From: Candidatus Altimarinota bacterium
GTDB taxonomy: Bacteria > Patescibacteriota > Gracilibacteria > UBA4473
Length of the DNA stretch: 64,000 nt
Reading direction: 5' to 3'
NCBI GenBank assembly: GCA_965231215.1
Contig: OZ246423.1
Location: 1,088,001-1,152,000, forward strand
Shown: piece by piece, positions 10,280-20,452 of the stretch
How the letters are laid out: every line of letters begins with the position of its first letter
How positions within the stretch are numbered: position 1 is the first letter of the stretch
Position numbers and translations under genes: made by a program
Notes under the pieces: generated by a model
The model's input: the letters and a program-made list of their open reading frames with translations, nothing else
Told to the model about the DNA's origin: nothing
The model's database searches: none

Positions 10280-10891
10280 ATGATTTCCCCACGAACATTA
10301 ATTTTTTGTCTGGTGTTTTTTCTTGCAGGGTGTTCTGTGAACCCAGAGCCGAAAGCCTCACACATTGCGGATCAAAATATCCCACTAGCGGTGATTTTAG
10401 AAGATGAAGCAGGAGGGGTTATCGGAAAGGGAACTCAATTTCAAGAGGATATCTACATTGCGCCAGATCACCTCTGGCAGCAAGGAGGTAAATTGTATGC
10501 TGATGGTTATCCTATAAAAGTTTTAGTGCGAGACTTTCGGCATGATTTACTCTTTTTTAGAACCGCTTCTAAACCCTCAGGTTCAGCACTTACTTGGGTA
10601 GAGACTCCGCCAGGGGTTGGAACCAAGCTTTTTTGGCATGATGGGAATCGCATCCATGAAGTACATGTAATGTCTACCAAAGGAACATTTGCCACTCAAC
10701 AGGTCGAGATAGAACAACTCATGACGGTAGATGATACGCTGAGTCATGGAGATTCGGGAAGTGCGGTGTTTGATGAAAAAGGACATATTCATGGTATTTT
10801 GATTGCTACAGATTTAGTAGAAGGGGTGTCTTATTTTGTGAGAGGCGACCGAATTCGAGCCTTAGCTGAAGAATATTTAGAAGATCTATAA
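10280..10891 (+). CDS. Trypsin-like serine protease lipoprotein
   Basis: FLAGC lipobox; APDH, HDL and GDSGS catalytic-triad-like motifs. Confidence 0.7.
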   Translation: MISPRTLIFCLVFFLAGCSVNPEPKASHIADQNIPLAVILEDEAGGVIGKGTQFQEDIYIAPDHLWQQGGKLYADGYPIKVLVRDFRHDLLFFRTASKPSGSALTWVETPPGVGTKLFWHDGNRIHEVHVMSTKGTFATQQVEIEQLMTVDDTLSHGDSGSAVFDEKGHIHGILIATDLVEGVSYFVRGDRIRALAEEYLEDL

Positions 10892-11080
10892 AAAACCTAA
10901 AAACCTTCAGTCTCCTTTGTCAGAAAAAAAAGAGCCTGTCATACGTTAAGTAGGTTTATTTACCGTCTTTTTAGCTTTCGTGAACCCTTCGTTTTTAAGC
11001 CTTTTATTCTTCCCTCTTTTTTAAGCTTGACCACTACACAAAAGCCCCTAAAATCACGCGGCTAATTAACTTTTTTATTA

Positions 11081-11344
11081 ATGGTATCTAAAGACAAGAA
11101 AGCGGTGATCGGTGATCATCAAATGCACGGAAAAGATACAGGCTCTGCTCCCGTTCAGGTTGCAATTTTGACTGACCGAATTAATTCGCTGACCGAACAC
11201 CTTAAAACTCACCCAAAAGATAAACACTCCAGACGAGGCCTTATCGGGTTGGTGGGGAAACGACGCCGACTGCTCAGGTATTTACAGCTTAACGACCCCA
11301 AAAAATACAGAGAAGTTGTGAAAGCCCTTGAACTCAGATCGTAA
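11081..11344 (+). CDS. rpsO: 30S ribosomal protein S15
   Basis: [22 protein letters not shown]. Confidence 0.98.
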   Translation: MVSKDKKAVIGDHQMHGKDTGSAPVQVAILTDRINSLTEHLKTHPKDKHSRRGLIGLVGKRRRLLRYLQLNDPKKYREVVKALELRS

Positions 11345-11353
11345 AAAACTAAA

Positions 11354-11423
11354 AACGCTGCGGAGTAACGACCGGGCGTTTTTCTTTTAATAGGAAAATT
11401 CCTCATCGTTTTTCTGTGGCGTT
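11354..11423 (+). promoter_or_regulatory. Long stem-loop in the pnp leader (candidate RNase III site)
   Basis: AACGCTGCGGAGTAACGA pairs with TCGTTTTTCTGTGGCGTT, including G-U pairs. Confidence 0.55.
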
Positions 11424-11456
11424 GCAGTAATACTTTTATTTTTTAACGTTTAACAA

Positions 11457-13565
11457 ATGACAAACGTACAACGCTTCGCTACCCAACTCGGCGATCAACA
11501 AATAGAGTTTGAAACCGGTTTACTTGCGCCTCAGGCTCAAGGTTCAGTTTTGGTAAAATACGGAGAACAAAGACTTTTGGTAACCGTAGGTGTCGGAGCT
11601 GGAAGAGAAGGAACAGATTTTTTTCCGCTCGTAGTGGAGTACGAACCAAAGACATATGCTCTTGGGTTCTTAAAACACTCAAAAATTAGTAAACGAGAAG
11701 GCCGAAAAAGTGACCGAGATATACTAACTTGCCGAATTGCTGATAGACCTCTCCGGCCAATGTTTCCAAAAGGAATCCGAGATGAAGTGCAAATTATTGC
11801 GACTCAACTTCAGACAGACGGAACTAAAACTCCTGCTCCACACGTAATTAACGGAGCCAGCGTGGCGATTCAACTAGCCGGACTTCCATTTGAAGCTTCA
11901 GTGGCTTCTGTGCAAGTAGGGAAGGATGATGAAGGCAACTTTGTCACGTGCCCAACCTATGAACAAGTAGACAAAAATGGTCTGGATCTCATCCTAGCTG
12001 GAACCGCTGATGCCATTACTATGGTAGAAGCTGGAGCCGATTTGATCACTAATGAAGAAATGTTGGCCGCTCTAGAATACGGTCATCAAGAGATCAAAAA
12101 ACTGTGTGCTGAACAAGACAAATTCATCGCTCAGTTTGATATTGAACCAGTAGAAATGACCCTCGCTTCCGAATCTGAAACCTACGAAGCCGCAAGCGTG
12201 GCTGTAGATTCTCTTATTTCTGAAGATGCACTTAGTGAAGTTCGCGGAACGACGAAGAAAGAAATTAAAAAGAAAATGAAGGTTCTAGAAGCAAAACTTT
12301 GCCAAGCTTGTGAAGCTCAGATAGAAGCCGAAGAATTCTCGGAAAGCGAACTTATGACCGCCCTTGAAAAACGGTTTGCTAAAAATATGCGTAAAGGCGT
12401 ATTTGAAACCGGAAAACGAGCTGATGGAAGAGCTATTGATGAAATCCGACCACTTTACACGGAAGTCGGAATGCTGAACCGAGTGCATGGTTGTGGATTC
12501 TTTCAACGAGGAGAAACTCAAGCTCTTTCGGTGCTAACTCTGGGGGGGCCAGATGAAGAAATGCATGTGCCAGACACAGATCGACCAGAATTTAAACAAC
12601 GATATATCCATCACTATAACTTTCCTCCCTTCTCCGTGGGGGAAGTTCGGCCACTGCGTGGCCCGGGACGACGAGAGATTGGACACGGAGCTCTGGCTGA
12701 ACGAGCCCTCAAATATGTAGTTCCAGGCCCAGAAGAAGGATGGGCGTACACCATGCGTGTCGTATCAGAAATTTTGGCTTGTAATGGCTCAAGCTCTATG
12801 GCGTCTGTGTGCGGATCAACTCTAGCGCTTATGCACGGAGGAGTACCACTAAAAGCTCCAGTAGCCGGAATCGCTATGGGACTCCTTATGGATGAAGAAA
12901 CCGGTGATTACCGAATCCTTACCGATATCCAAGGACTAGAGGACTTTGATGGAGATATGGACTTCAAAGTAACCGGAGACGGTGAACGAATCACGTGTCT
13001 ACAACTAGATATCAAGATCAAAGGTCTAGATCTAAGCCTGCTTAAAGATGCCCTTGAAAGAGCTCAAACGGCTCGAAAAACCATCTTGGATAATATGCTG
13101 GCCACTATCCCAGAGCCAAGGAGTGAGATGAATGAATTTGCGCCACTCATTGAAGTAATGAAAGTAGATGAAGACGATATTCGCATCGTGATTGGGAAAG
13201 GAGGAGAAACCATCCAAGGAATGACGGCTGAATACGACGTTAAAATCTCTATTGAAGATGATGGGACCGTAACTATTGCTGGACTTCGTGAAAACATAAA
13301 AGGCGCTCGTGAAGCCATCGAAAAACTCACTTACAAACCTTCAGCAGGGGATGTTTTCACCGAATGCCCAGTAAAAACTATTATGGACTTTGGAGCGTTT
13401 GTAGAATACGTTCCAGGCAAAGACGGACTCGTACACATTTCTGAAATCGCTGAAGAACGGGTAGAAAAAGTAGAAGACTACCTCAAAGAAGGTGATTTAG
13501 TAACCGTTAAAATCAAAGAAATTGACCGACAAGGTCGAGTAAAACTCACCATCAAAGGTGTGTAA
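11457..13565 (+). CDS. pnp: Polyribonucleotide nucleotidyltransferase
   Basis: DFFPLVVEY, RREIGHG, NGSSSMAS, DGDMDFKV; KH and S1 domains. Confidence 0.98.
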   Translation: MTNVQRFATQLGDQQIEFETGLLAPQAQGSVLVKYGEQRLLVTVGVGAGREGTDFFPLVVEYEPKTYALGFLKHSKISKREGRKSDRDILTCRIADRPLRPMFPKGIRDEVQIIATQLQTDGTKTPAPHVINGASVAIQLAGLPFEASVASVQVGKDDEGNFVTCPTYEQVDKNGLDLILAGTADAITMVEAGADLITNEEMLAALEYGHQEIKKLCAEQDKFIAQFDIEPVEMTLASESETYEAASVAVDSLISEDALSEVRGTTKKEIKKKMKVLEAKLCQACEAQIEAEEFSESELMTALEKRFAKNMRKGVFETGKRADGRAIDEIRPLYTEVGMLNRVHGCGFFQRGETQALSVLTLGGPDEEMHVPDTDRPEFKQRYIHHYNFPPFSVGEVRPLRGPGRREIGHGALAERALKYVVPGPEEGWAYTMRVVSEILACNGSSSMASVCGSTLALMHGGVPLKAPVAGIAMGLLMDEETGDYRILTDIQGLEDFDGDMDFKVTGDGERITCLQLDIKIKGLDLSLLKDALERAQTARKTILDNMLATIPEPRSEMNEFAPLIEVMKVDEDDIRIVIGKGGETIQGMTAEYDVKISIEDDGTVTIAGLRENIKGAREAIEKLTYKPSAGDVFTECPVKTIMDFGAFVEYVPGKDGLVHISEIAEERVEKVEDYLKEGDLVTVKIKEIDRQGRVKLTIKGV

Positions 13566-13592
13566 TTTAAAAAAGTTTGAATCTTAAAGAAG

Positions 13593-13627
13593 AAGAGGCC
13601 AACACGCTCGCGCGGTTGGCCTCTTTT
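13593..13627. terminator. Intrinsic terminator between convergent genes
   Basis: AAGAGGCCAAC...GTTGGCCTCTTTT. Confidence 0.8.
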
Positions 13628-13651
13628 CAAGGTGTCGGTTTTTTTACTGAC

Positions 13652-14947
13652 TCACCCTAAGATGAGGAATCCGATAATGCTCCCTGGAATCAGTAAGAGC
13701 AAGGAAGCTCGCTTTATAGCTCCGAAAGGAGTTAGGCGAACAATCTTCCCTTTTCTAGCCTGCATGTCGCCGCCGCTTAGCCGCCCATCGTGAGAGATGA
13801 GAGCCAGAGCTGCAAAGGCAGGCATGAGCCCCAGTATGAAGACTGAGACAAGGGCGAACAGCTGTACCATCCAACGCTCGGGTAGTTGAGTCCTGATCCA
13901 CCCGAGTAGCTCATAGGCTACTTGCAGCAAAGTAGGCCACTCATGCCGTTGCTCAAAGAGCACGGTCATAAAGGGGGCTCCAGCCAAATGGAGTAACATC
14001 ATCACCCAGGCAGCTGCCCAGATAGGAGCAAAACCAAATTTATTTTTTTCTTGGGAATAGCGACCAAAAACGGTAGCCGCTACCCCAATAGCAACGTATG
14101 CTACTTCTCTCCAAGGGATGAGTTCCCACCACTCCTCGCGGATACGGTAGGATTTTCCCTGAAGTTTGTTCCACAAAGCCTCAGCCATCCTTTCGTGGAT
14201 GTCAGGGAGTGTATACTGAGCAATCACCAAGGCCGCAAAGCCAGCGATCATCAGAACGAACCCGTAACCATTATGAGGACGTAGAAGCTCCAAGTACCCA
14301 GTGGGAAACTTGTAGTGTTTGTTGTTTTCTCGAGCCCAGAGAAGGGCCGTGAAGTAGTGGAGGAACATCAGAATTAGCAAAGTCACCACAATGGTAACCC
14401 GCACCTGATTTTCGTCCCACAACAACTGGAACCCCAAGGGTTGAGCTTGAGTGGCTTGCACAAATGAGCCGAACGGACCGAAGCCCGTGAAAACGGCACT
14501 CCCAAGCAAGGTGGCGATTGTCGCGGCAACGACGGTTATAGCCGGCCCACGTAACCGAAGCACGTGGTAGATAACCGCAATGAGTGAAAGCAATGGGTCA
14601 ACCCACAAAGCTAGCACAAATGCGATAAATACCAGCATGGTTAGATTCCACGGAGTTGGGCTCAGTGGACTCTTTGGGTAGAAGGCGCTGAAAACCGAGA
14701 TAGCCGCAAACAGCAGCGTCACTCGACCCAACCCCCACATAAACGTTAGAAAAAGGGAGCGAGTCCCGTCTTCCATATCTACCAATAGAGCTCCACTAAC
14801 GGCTGTTAGGACCAAGGCCCCGACCGTTACATGGAAATTTTTCCATCCGCCGAATGGATCCCGCCACAGGATCCACAGAAGTATTACCAGAGGCGTCACC
14901 GACGCCGTCCAGCCTACCACACCAGGTAGTTCAAGCAAGTTTGTCAT
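13652..14947 (-). CDS. Polytopic membrane protein, possibly a divergent IT-superfamily (CitMHS_2/Na+:H+ antiporter-like) transporter
   Basis: About 11-12 TMs; WREVAYVAIG...EKNKFGFAPI resembles the CitMHS_2 pattern; GGAGGTG SD. Confidence 0.5.
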   Translation of the reverse strand: MTNLLELPGVVGWTASVTPLVILLWILWRDPFGGWKNFHVTVGALVLTAVSGALLVDMEDGTRSLFLTFMWGLGRVTLLFAAISVFSAFYPKSPLSPTPWNLTMLVFIAFVLALWVDPLLSLIAVIYHVLRLRGPAITVVAATIATLLGSAVFTGFGPFGSFVQATQAQPLGFQLLWDENQVRVTIVVTLLILMFLHYFTALLWARENNKHYKFPTGYLELLRPHNGYGFVLMIAGFAALVIAQYTLPDIHERMAEALWNKLQGKSYRIREEWWELIPWREVAYVAIGVAATVFGRYSQEKNKFGFAPIWAAAWVMMLLHLAGAPFMTVLFEQRHEWPTLLQVAYELLGWIRTQLPERWMVQLFALVSVFILGLMPAFAALALISHDGRLSGGDMQARKGKIVRLTPFGAIKRASLLLLIPGSIIGFLILG

Positions 14948-14983
14948 CGGTTTTCACCTCCATTTTTCAATTTAATTTCGCTT

Positions 14984-15031
14984 GTTTGAGACTCTTCTAA
15001 AGACAAATATATCTTCACAAGAGTCTCAAAC
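14984..15031. repeat. 13-bp perfect inverted repeat in the 5' leader
   Basis: GTTTGAGACTCTT-N22-AAGAGTCTCAAAC. Confidence 0.75.
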
Positions 15032-15117
15032 TTGAGCATCATCAGAATCTGTAAAAGAACCAAAACCTATCACGAGTTTAAAAACTAAGCACAAAGCTTG
15101 TTTTTAAACATATTTAT

Positions 15118-15145
15118 ATTATAACTTATTTCTTAAAAAAGTCAA
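15118..15145 (-). promoter_or_regulatory. Sigma70-type promoter
   Basis: TTGACT-N16-TATAAT on the minus strand. Confidence 0.65.
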
Positions 15146-15217
15146 TAAATTTCAATCCTGTAAAGCGTTTTTCATTATATTGACTTTTTTTAAAAAACAT
15201 TTTATAAATAATTATAG

Positions 15218-15595
15218 ATGAGAGAAGATCCAAAATTTGAAAATTTTAAAAAAGCCATTCCTGTCGCAAAAAAATTTGCAGAAGGTATTGTAATATCCAT
15301 TCTAGACACTCTGAATACGGCTTCACCTCCAGGGTTTGAGATATGGCTATGGTCTGAGTATTCAAAGCTTTCTAATGTTACATTAGGCGTTCTTTATAAT
15401 TTAGAGAGAATTCGTAAAGTTATCGAAGATATGCCACTGGAACACTATCCTTTAGTTTCAAAAAAAATTGCCCGAGGGATACTCATTCAGGAAGGACGCT
15501 TAGGGGACATAAAAAGGTTTAGAGAGTTAGTTCGGGCGATAGAATCGGGGAAACCAGTGGAATCTAATTCACCACTGGCAAACCACCACTCTTAA
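15218..15595 (+). CDS. Hypothetical protein
   Basis: 125-aa ORF preceded by TTGACT-N17-TATAAA. Confidence 0.6.
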   Translation: MREDPKFENFKKAIPVAKKFAEGIVISILDTLNTASPPGFEIWLWSEYSKLSNVTLGVLYNLERIRKVIEDMPLEHYPLVSKKIARGILIQEGRLGDIKRFRELVRAIESGKPVESNSPLANHHS

Positions 15596-16010
15596 CCTTA
15601 TGACTATGCTGTTCATGAAGGAACTGTTCTAGTTTTTCAGTCGCTTCTGGACTGATAAGATGTTCAATCTTGCATGAATCGGCATCAGCGATGTCTTTGT
15701 TTACCCCTAAAATATTGACAAAAAAATCCATGAAGAGCGCTTTGTTTTTTTTAATCTGTTCAGCAACCCCCAGAGCGTTTTGGGTGAGTGAAAAAGACTT
15801 ATCTTCGTTTTGAACCAGCCAGCCTTTTTTGACCAAAGTTTTGAGCGCTTGAGAAACAGTAGGAGCGGCAATTTCTAAAGCTTTTACGATATCTGCAGCG
15901 CGAGCTTTTCCCAACTCATGAACCGTTACAAGGTAATGAGCCTCACTGTGGGTGAGCGGATTTTCTTGAAAGTGTTTCCATACGGCGTTAGTACTAGTGC
16001 ATCTCATCAA
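15564..16010 (-). CDS. Metal-dependent transcriptional regulator (DtxR/MntR family)
   Basis: HYLVTVHEL, wHTH APTVSQALKTL, DSCKIEH. Confidence 0.88.
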   Translation of the reverse strand: MMRCTSTNAVWKHFQENPLTHSEAHYLVTVHELGKARAADIVKALEIAAPTVSQALKTLVKKGWLVQNEDKSFSLTQNALGVAEQIKKNKALFMDFFVNILGVNKDIADADSCKIEHLISPEATEKLEQFLHEQHSHKVKSGGLPVVN

Positions 16011-16204
16011 TGTCTATCTTAAAAATTCCTTTGAAATGAGCAATTACTTTGTTGCCCCTAAAATCCTAGATCGGTTCCCTGTTAGTAGATTTTATTCAGA
16101 AAACTTGATGACGCCTAGAACGTACTAATTTTCAAAAATTTTGACTGTTGCTTTCCTCTCTATTTTGAAATTGATACAATCGGAGGTACATAAACTATAA
16201 AGGT

Positions 16205-16996
16205 ATGAAAGAATTAATCTGGATCGGCTTTAAAAATCCTATGATTCAGTTTGTGGGACTTCTTGGAGTGGTTGTTTTAGGGGCTTTATATTTTAATCCC
16301 AGAATAGAAGTTTGGGCTCATGCGGGGCTAGTGACAGGATTTTTGATTTTGTGGGCGGCTCTTTTTTCCACTCTTTTTAAAGTCAAAAAAAATTTCTGGA
16401 GCACCCTAATTGAGGCCTTTATGTTGCTTTTGCTGATGCACCCTCCCTCGGAGTTGGATGTTAACAGCGTGCTTATAATTGCGGGAACAACATTAGTGGT
16501 AGTAGCTTCACGATTTTTAATTTTGTATCGTAAGCAGGTTATTTTTAATCCCGTTGCTTTGGGGTTGATAGTTGCGTCCTTTTTTGGAGCATTTGGGTCT
16601 TGGTGGGGGATGACCTATGGAGACGGATTTTCTCTGATTGCCATAGGGATGCTGGTGCTTTTTGCGGTATGGAAGATGAAAAAGTTCTGGTTAGGAGCTA
16701 CTTTCTTATTACTAAATTTAGTACTATTAGCAGCCACGGGTGAAGCCCAAAGCCTTAGTTATGTGTATACCGATTCTACTATTTATTTCTTTGCGGGGAT
16801 TATGTTGATGGAGCCTAAAACGTCTCCAAGGCATATACCACTGCAAATTCTCAGTGGAGTTTTGGCAGCTCTGTTCTATAGAGCTGGAGCTCACTTTGGG
16901 CTACCCGAAACGGAGTTAATGACTATCGTGTTTGTGAATGTGTTAAATTGCCTGGATAAAGCCACGCCTGTATTTCGCTTTCTCAAGAAAAAATAG
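16205..16996 (+). CDS. RnfD/NqrB-like membrane protein
   Basis: IFNPVALG and FAGIMLMEPKTSP motifs; multiple TMs. Confidence 0.65.
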   Translation: MKELIWIGFKNPMIQFVGLLGVVVLGALYFNPRIEVWAHAGLVTGFLILWAALFSTLFKVKKNFWSTLIEAFMLLLLMHPPSELDVNSVLIIAGTTLVVVASRFLILYRKQVIFNPVALGLIVASFFGAFGSWWGMTYGDGFSLIAIGMLVLFAVWKMKKFWLGATFLLLNLVLLAATGEAQSLSYVYTDSTIYFFAGIMLMEPKTSPRHIPLQILSGVLAALFYRAGAHFGLPETELMTIVFVNVLNCLDKATPVFRFLKKK

Positions 16997-17012
16997 CTCA
17001 AACCTATAATAA

Positions 17013-17051
17013 AAAAATACTTAGGGGCTTGTGGGTTCCCTAAGTATTTTT
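17013..17051. terminator. Bidirectional intrinsic terminator
   Basis: AAAAATACTTAGGG...CCCTAAGTATTTTT between convergent genes. Confidence 0.8.
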
Positions 17052-17108
17052 ATTCGATATAGAGGAAAGGGGCACTTGGGGAAACCTTAGGTTTCAGTCC
17101 AAGAAGTT

Positions 17109-17498
17109 TTATTCCCAAATAATACCCTGGTAGCAGGTGTTCTCACTATGATCCCAAGTTTTTCCAGCCTCCAGACATTCATCAATCATTTGAACGATAG
17201 GCGACACTTGGTTTAAGTCTACGGTAGCGGTGTTTGCTCTATGCCGTAGGGCATTATTAGTATATACAGCAGGTTGTGGTGTCCAGGTGAAGTTACTCCA
17301 GTCTTCTCCTTCATCGAAGGTTGAAGCCCAGGCTTCAGAGGAACCACCAAGATAATGGTAAACATGGATAACGTTTCCAGTTTCAATAATATTTTCGGCC
17401 CATCCGGCGTCACGATCAGTAATAGTGCTGTGTTGAGCCATTACTGAAAAAGTCACCCCAAAGGCCACGAGAGCGATACCTGCGAATAGAGATTTCAT
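17109..17498 (-). CDS. Hypothetical secreted protein
   Basis: Signal peptide MKSLFAGIALVAFGVTFSVMA; C-terminal C...W...C motif. Confidence 0.65.
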   Translation of the reverse strand: MKSLFAGIALVAFGVTFSVMAQHSTITDRDAGWAENIIETGNVIHVYHYLGGSSEAWASTFDEGEDWSNFTWTPQPAVYTNNALRHRANTATVDLNQVSPIVQMIDECLEAGKTWDHSENTCYQGIIWE

Positions 17499-17642
17499 GA
17501 AAATGTAAGTTATTTCAATTTTTATATTAACGAATTTTTGCATTTGTCAAAGCCAAGTACATAAAAAAGCATGAGATCCCCACTCTACTTGGATCATTTC
17601 TTAAAGAGATTTCGGCCTAGAGGCTCATGTTTGGCAGGGGGC

Positions 17643-19052
17643 TCATTTAGCGCCCAAATCTTTTTTGAGAGCATGGATATGTCTGGCGGTTGCCGAATCT
17701 TTTCGGATCAAGTCTTGGATTTTTTTGATTCCATGCATAATAGTGGTGTGGTTCTTACCACCAAAGGCTTCACCAATAGCTTCATAGCTCATTTTCAAAA
17801 CCTCTTTACACAGTAGCCAGCAGATTTGTCGAGGAAACACTATTTCCTTTTTTCGAGATTCTCCCAGCAGATCTGTAGCAGGTATTTGGAAATAATCTGA
17901 GATGAGAGTAATCAGATCATCGGGGCTTTTGGCTAAACTGATATTTCCATCGGTGTCAGTAATAAGGTCTTCTTCTGGATTGAGTTGTCTAAAGATTTTC
18001 CCAACACTCTGGACGGTAGGGGACACCTGGTTGATTTCTACTTCAATAGAAATTTTGTTCAGCACATTTTCTAGCTCTCGTAGATTTTTCCGCGTATTAG
18101 TAGCAATAAAGGCTTGGACATCTTCTGGAAGAATAAGCCCCATGGCTTTGGCTTTTTCTTGAATAATAGCTAATTTAGTCTCAAAGTTAGGCATCTGAAT
18201 ATCCACAATAAGCCCCCACCCAAGCCGAGAACTGAGTCTATCCATCATGTCTTGGAGTTGAGCTGGTGGACGATCAGCTGAAAAAACCATTTGTTTTTCT
18301 AGATCTCGGAGGTCATTAAAGGTATTAAAAACCTCTACCTGAGTTTGTTCTTTACCAGAAAAGAATTGTACATCATCAATCAGCAATGCATCAGCCCGTC
18401 GGTATTTTTTTCTGAGGGCTTCGGTTTTACGCTCTTTAATAGCTTTGATAATCTCATTCATAAATCTTTCGGCCGTGGTGTAGATCACCAAAGACTCAGG
18501 ATGTCTTCGTAGAATTTCATTCGCCAGCCCCTGAAGTAAGTGAGTTTTCCCTAGTCCTACCCCTCCGTAAATGTACAAAGGATTATATTTTTTAGGCTGT
18601 CCGGCTTCGGTTTCAGCCACAGCGCTACAGGCAGCATGTGCCAAACGATTTTCTTCCCCTACGACAAAGTTTTGGAGGGTGAATTTAGGCTGGATTAATC
18701 GAGATTCCAACCCCTCTTCTAGACGGACTTCAGGTTTGTTTGGAAGTTTTCTTGGAGTGCGTTTTTCTTCAAACGCAACAGGGTCACTGACAGGTTTATC
18801 GGCCAAGCTAAGGTCTACATCAAAAAAAACTTTATGAACCTCAGGCAGTATTTTTTGAACATTAGCCAAGATCATATTGGCATATTTATTCTCCAGCCAA
18901 TTTTTGTTCATCTCAGTGGGACAACTAATCAGAATAGCCCCGCCAGAGATTTCTTTGAGATGAACTTTTTTAAACCAGGTATGGAACTCCATTCGGGAAA
19001 GTTTCCTCGATAGATTTTCTAGCACTTGGTGCCATACTTGAGTTTTATCCAT
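17643..19052 (-). CDS. dnaA: Chromosomal replication initiator DnaA
   Basis: YNPLYIYGGVGLGKTHLL, LLIDDVQF, RLSSRL, FGGKNHTTIMHG. Confidence 0.97.
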   Translation of the reverse strand: MDKTQVWHQVLENLSRKLSRMEFHTWFKKVHLKEISGGAILISCPTEMNKNWLENKYANMILANVQKILPEVHKVFFDVDLSLADKPVSDPVAFEEKRTPRKLPNKPEVRLEEGLESRLIQPKFTLQNFVVGEENRLAHAACSAVAETEAGQPKKYNPLYIYGGVGLGKTHLLQGLANEILRRHPESLVIYTTAERFMNEIIKAIKERKTEALRKKYRRADALLIDDVQFFSGKEQTQVEVFNTFNDLRDLEKQMVFSADRPPAQLQDMMDRLSSRLGWGLIVDIQMPNFETKLAIIQEKAKAMGLILPEDVQAFIATNTRKNLRELENVLNKISIEVEINQVSPTVQSVGKIFRQLNPEEDLITDTDGNISLAKSPDDLITLISDYFQIPATDLLGESRKKEIVFPRQICWLLCKEVLKMSYEAIGEAFGGKNHTTIMHGIKKIQDLIRKDSATARHIHALKKDLGAK

Positions 19053-20336
19053 CTATCTAAAAATAAGGTCGGTTCTATCCATACCTATACCGATACTAGT
19101 AATAGGACACTTGATGAGGTTTTCCAGAGCCAAGACGTAGTCTTGAGCCTTTTGTGGGAGGTCTTCAAAATTTTTGGCGCCACTTAGATCCGTTTCCCAT
19201 CCAGGGAAGGTTTCATAGATAATTTCTAAATTTTGGTTGGCTTTTCGGGTCGTTGGAACCGTTCGTAATTCTTGGCCATCCAACATATATTTTGTAGCGA
19301 CTTTAATTTCTTTAAGTCCTGTGAGTACATCTAGTTTTGTGAGGTTGATAGCATCAAGCCCATTAAATTCGACAGCATTACGCACTACTACTGCATCAAA
19401 CCATCCACATCGCCGTGGTCTTCCAGTAGTAGCCCCGTATTCACCTCCCTTTTCACGAAGTTTTTCGCCCAGTTCATTTTCAAGCTCACTAGGGAACGGC
19501 CCGGTTCCGACTCGAGTTGTATAAGCTTTGGCAATCCCAATGAGGTTATTAATCTTGCGAGGCGGAATCCCCAGCCCAGTAGCAATGCCCCCAGCGGAGA
19601 CGCTAGAACTCGTCACAAAAGGATAGGTTCCATGATCAATGTCTAAGTGATGAGCTTGGGCGCCTTCAAAGAGTACTCTTTTCCCGTTCTTTAGCGCTTC
19701 TAACAAAACAATTCTAGTATCACACAGCAGCGGTTTTATCTGGTCTCGGAGAGACATGATTTTTTGGTATTCAGCTGCTGGATCCAGCTCTAAATCAAGG
19801 GTTTGACCATGAAGGGTGCAGGCTTGTTCAATCTTGTCCTTGAGTAGTTCGGTATCCAGTAAGTCTTCACATCGGATGCCTCTTCGTGCAATTTTATCTT
19901 GGTAACAAGGGCCAATTCCACGGCAGGTAGTACCGAGCTTGTCCTTGCCTTTGAGCCGTTCCAATTCGGCATCTACTTGCATGTGATAGTCAAGCACTAG
20001 GTGGGCGTGTAAGGATATTTTGATTCGATCACGGACTTGTAGCCCCGAACTTTCTAAAGATTCAATTTCCTTTAATAGATCGGGCAAAGAAATCACCGTT
20101 CCGTTTCCAATAATGCCTATAGTGTGTGGATGTAAAAGGCCTGAAGGAAAAAGGTGAAAGACAAATTTTTGTCCTTCTGTGTAAATAGTATGTCCGGCAT
20201 TGGCCCCTCCTGTACTTCGGCAAATAAAATCAAAACTACCAGACATAGCGTCTACTAATTTTCCTTTGCCCTCGTCTCCCCATTGGGTACCAATAATCCC
20301 GACATTAGGTCCGAGACTGGCTAAAAAATCCTGCAT
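19053..20336 (-). CDS. purA: Adenylosuccinate synthetase
   Basis: QWGDEGKGK, GGANAGHT, GTYPFVTSS, TTGRPRRCGWFD. Confidence 0.98.
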   Translation of the reverse strand: MQDFLASLGPNVGIIGTQWGDEGKGKLVDAMSGSFDFICRSTGGANAGHTIYTEGQKFVFHLFPSGLLHPHTIGIIGNGTVISLPDLLKEIESLESSGLQVRDRIKISLHAHLVLDYHMQVDAELERLKGKDKLGTTCRGIGPCYQDKIARRGIRCEDLLDTELLKDKIEQACTLHGQTLDLELDPAAEYQKIMSLRDQIKPLLCDTRIVLLEALKNGKRVLFEGAQAHHLDIDHGTYPFVTSSSVSAGGIATGLGIPPRKINNLIGIAKAYTTRVGTGPFPSELENELGEKLREKGGEYGATTGRPRRCGWFDAVVVRNAVEFNGLDAINLTKLDVLTGLKEIKVATKYMLDGQELRTVPTTRKANQNLEIIYETFPGWETDLSGAKNFEDLPQKAQDYVLALENLIKCPITSIGIGMDRTDLIFR

Positions 20337-20395
20337 AAACGATTAAAAAATGTGGGGTGGTGAGTGTCTTTGACACCAAGGCCGAACTTAGCAAG

Positions 20396-20452
20396 TTTTC
20401 CCCATAAGATCAAACCAAAAGTGCAAAATTTGTGACAAAAAAGTTTTGCACA
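20396..20452. promoter_or_regulatory. Cluster of DnaA-box-like 9-mers upstream of purA-dnaA
   Basis: TTTTGCACA (20444-20452) fits TTWTNCACA; one-mismatch boxes at 20396 (+), 20420 (-) and 20431 (-). Confidence 0.5.

Noticed and set aside
14984-15031. CRISPR repeat (GTTTGAGA...TCTCAAAC looks repeat-like)
   Set aside because: Single copy, no spacers and no cas genes in the window.
17547-17632. Cloverleaf-like fold downstream of dnaA as a tRNA
   Set aside because: No TTC-containing T-arm or D-loop consensus; more likely a terminator-like structure.
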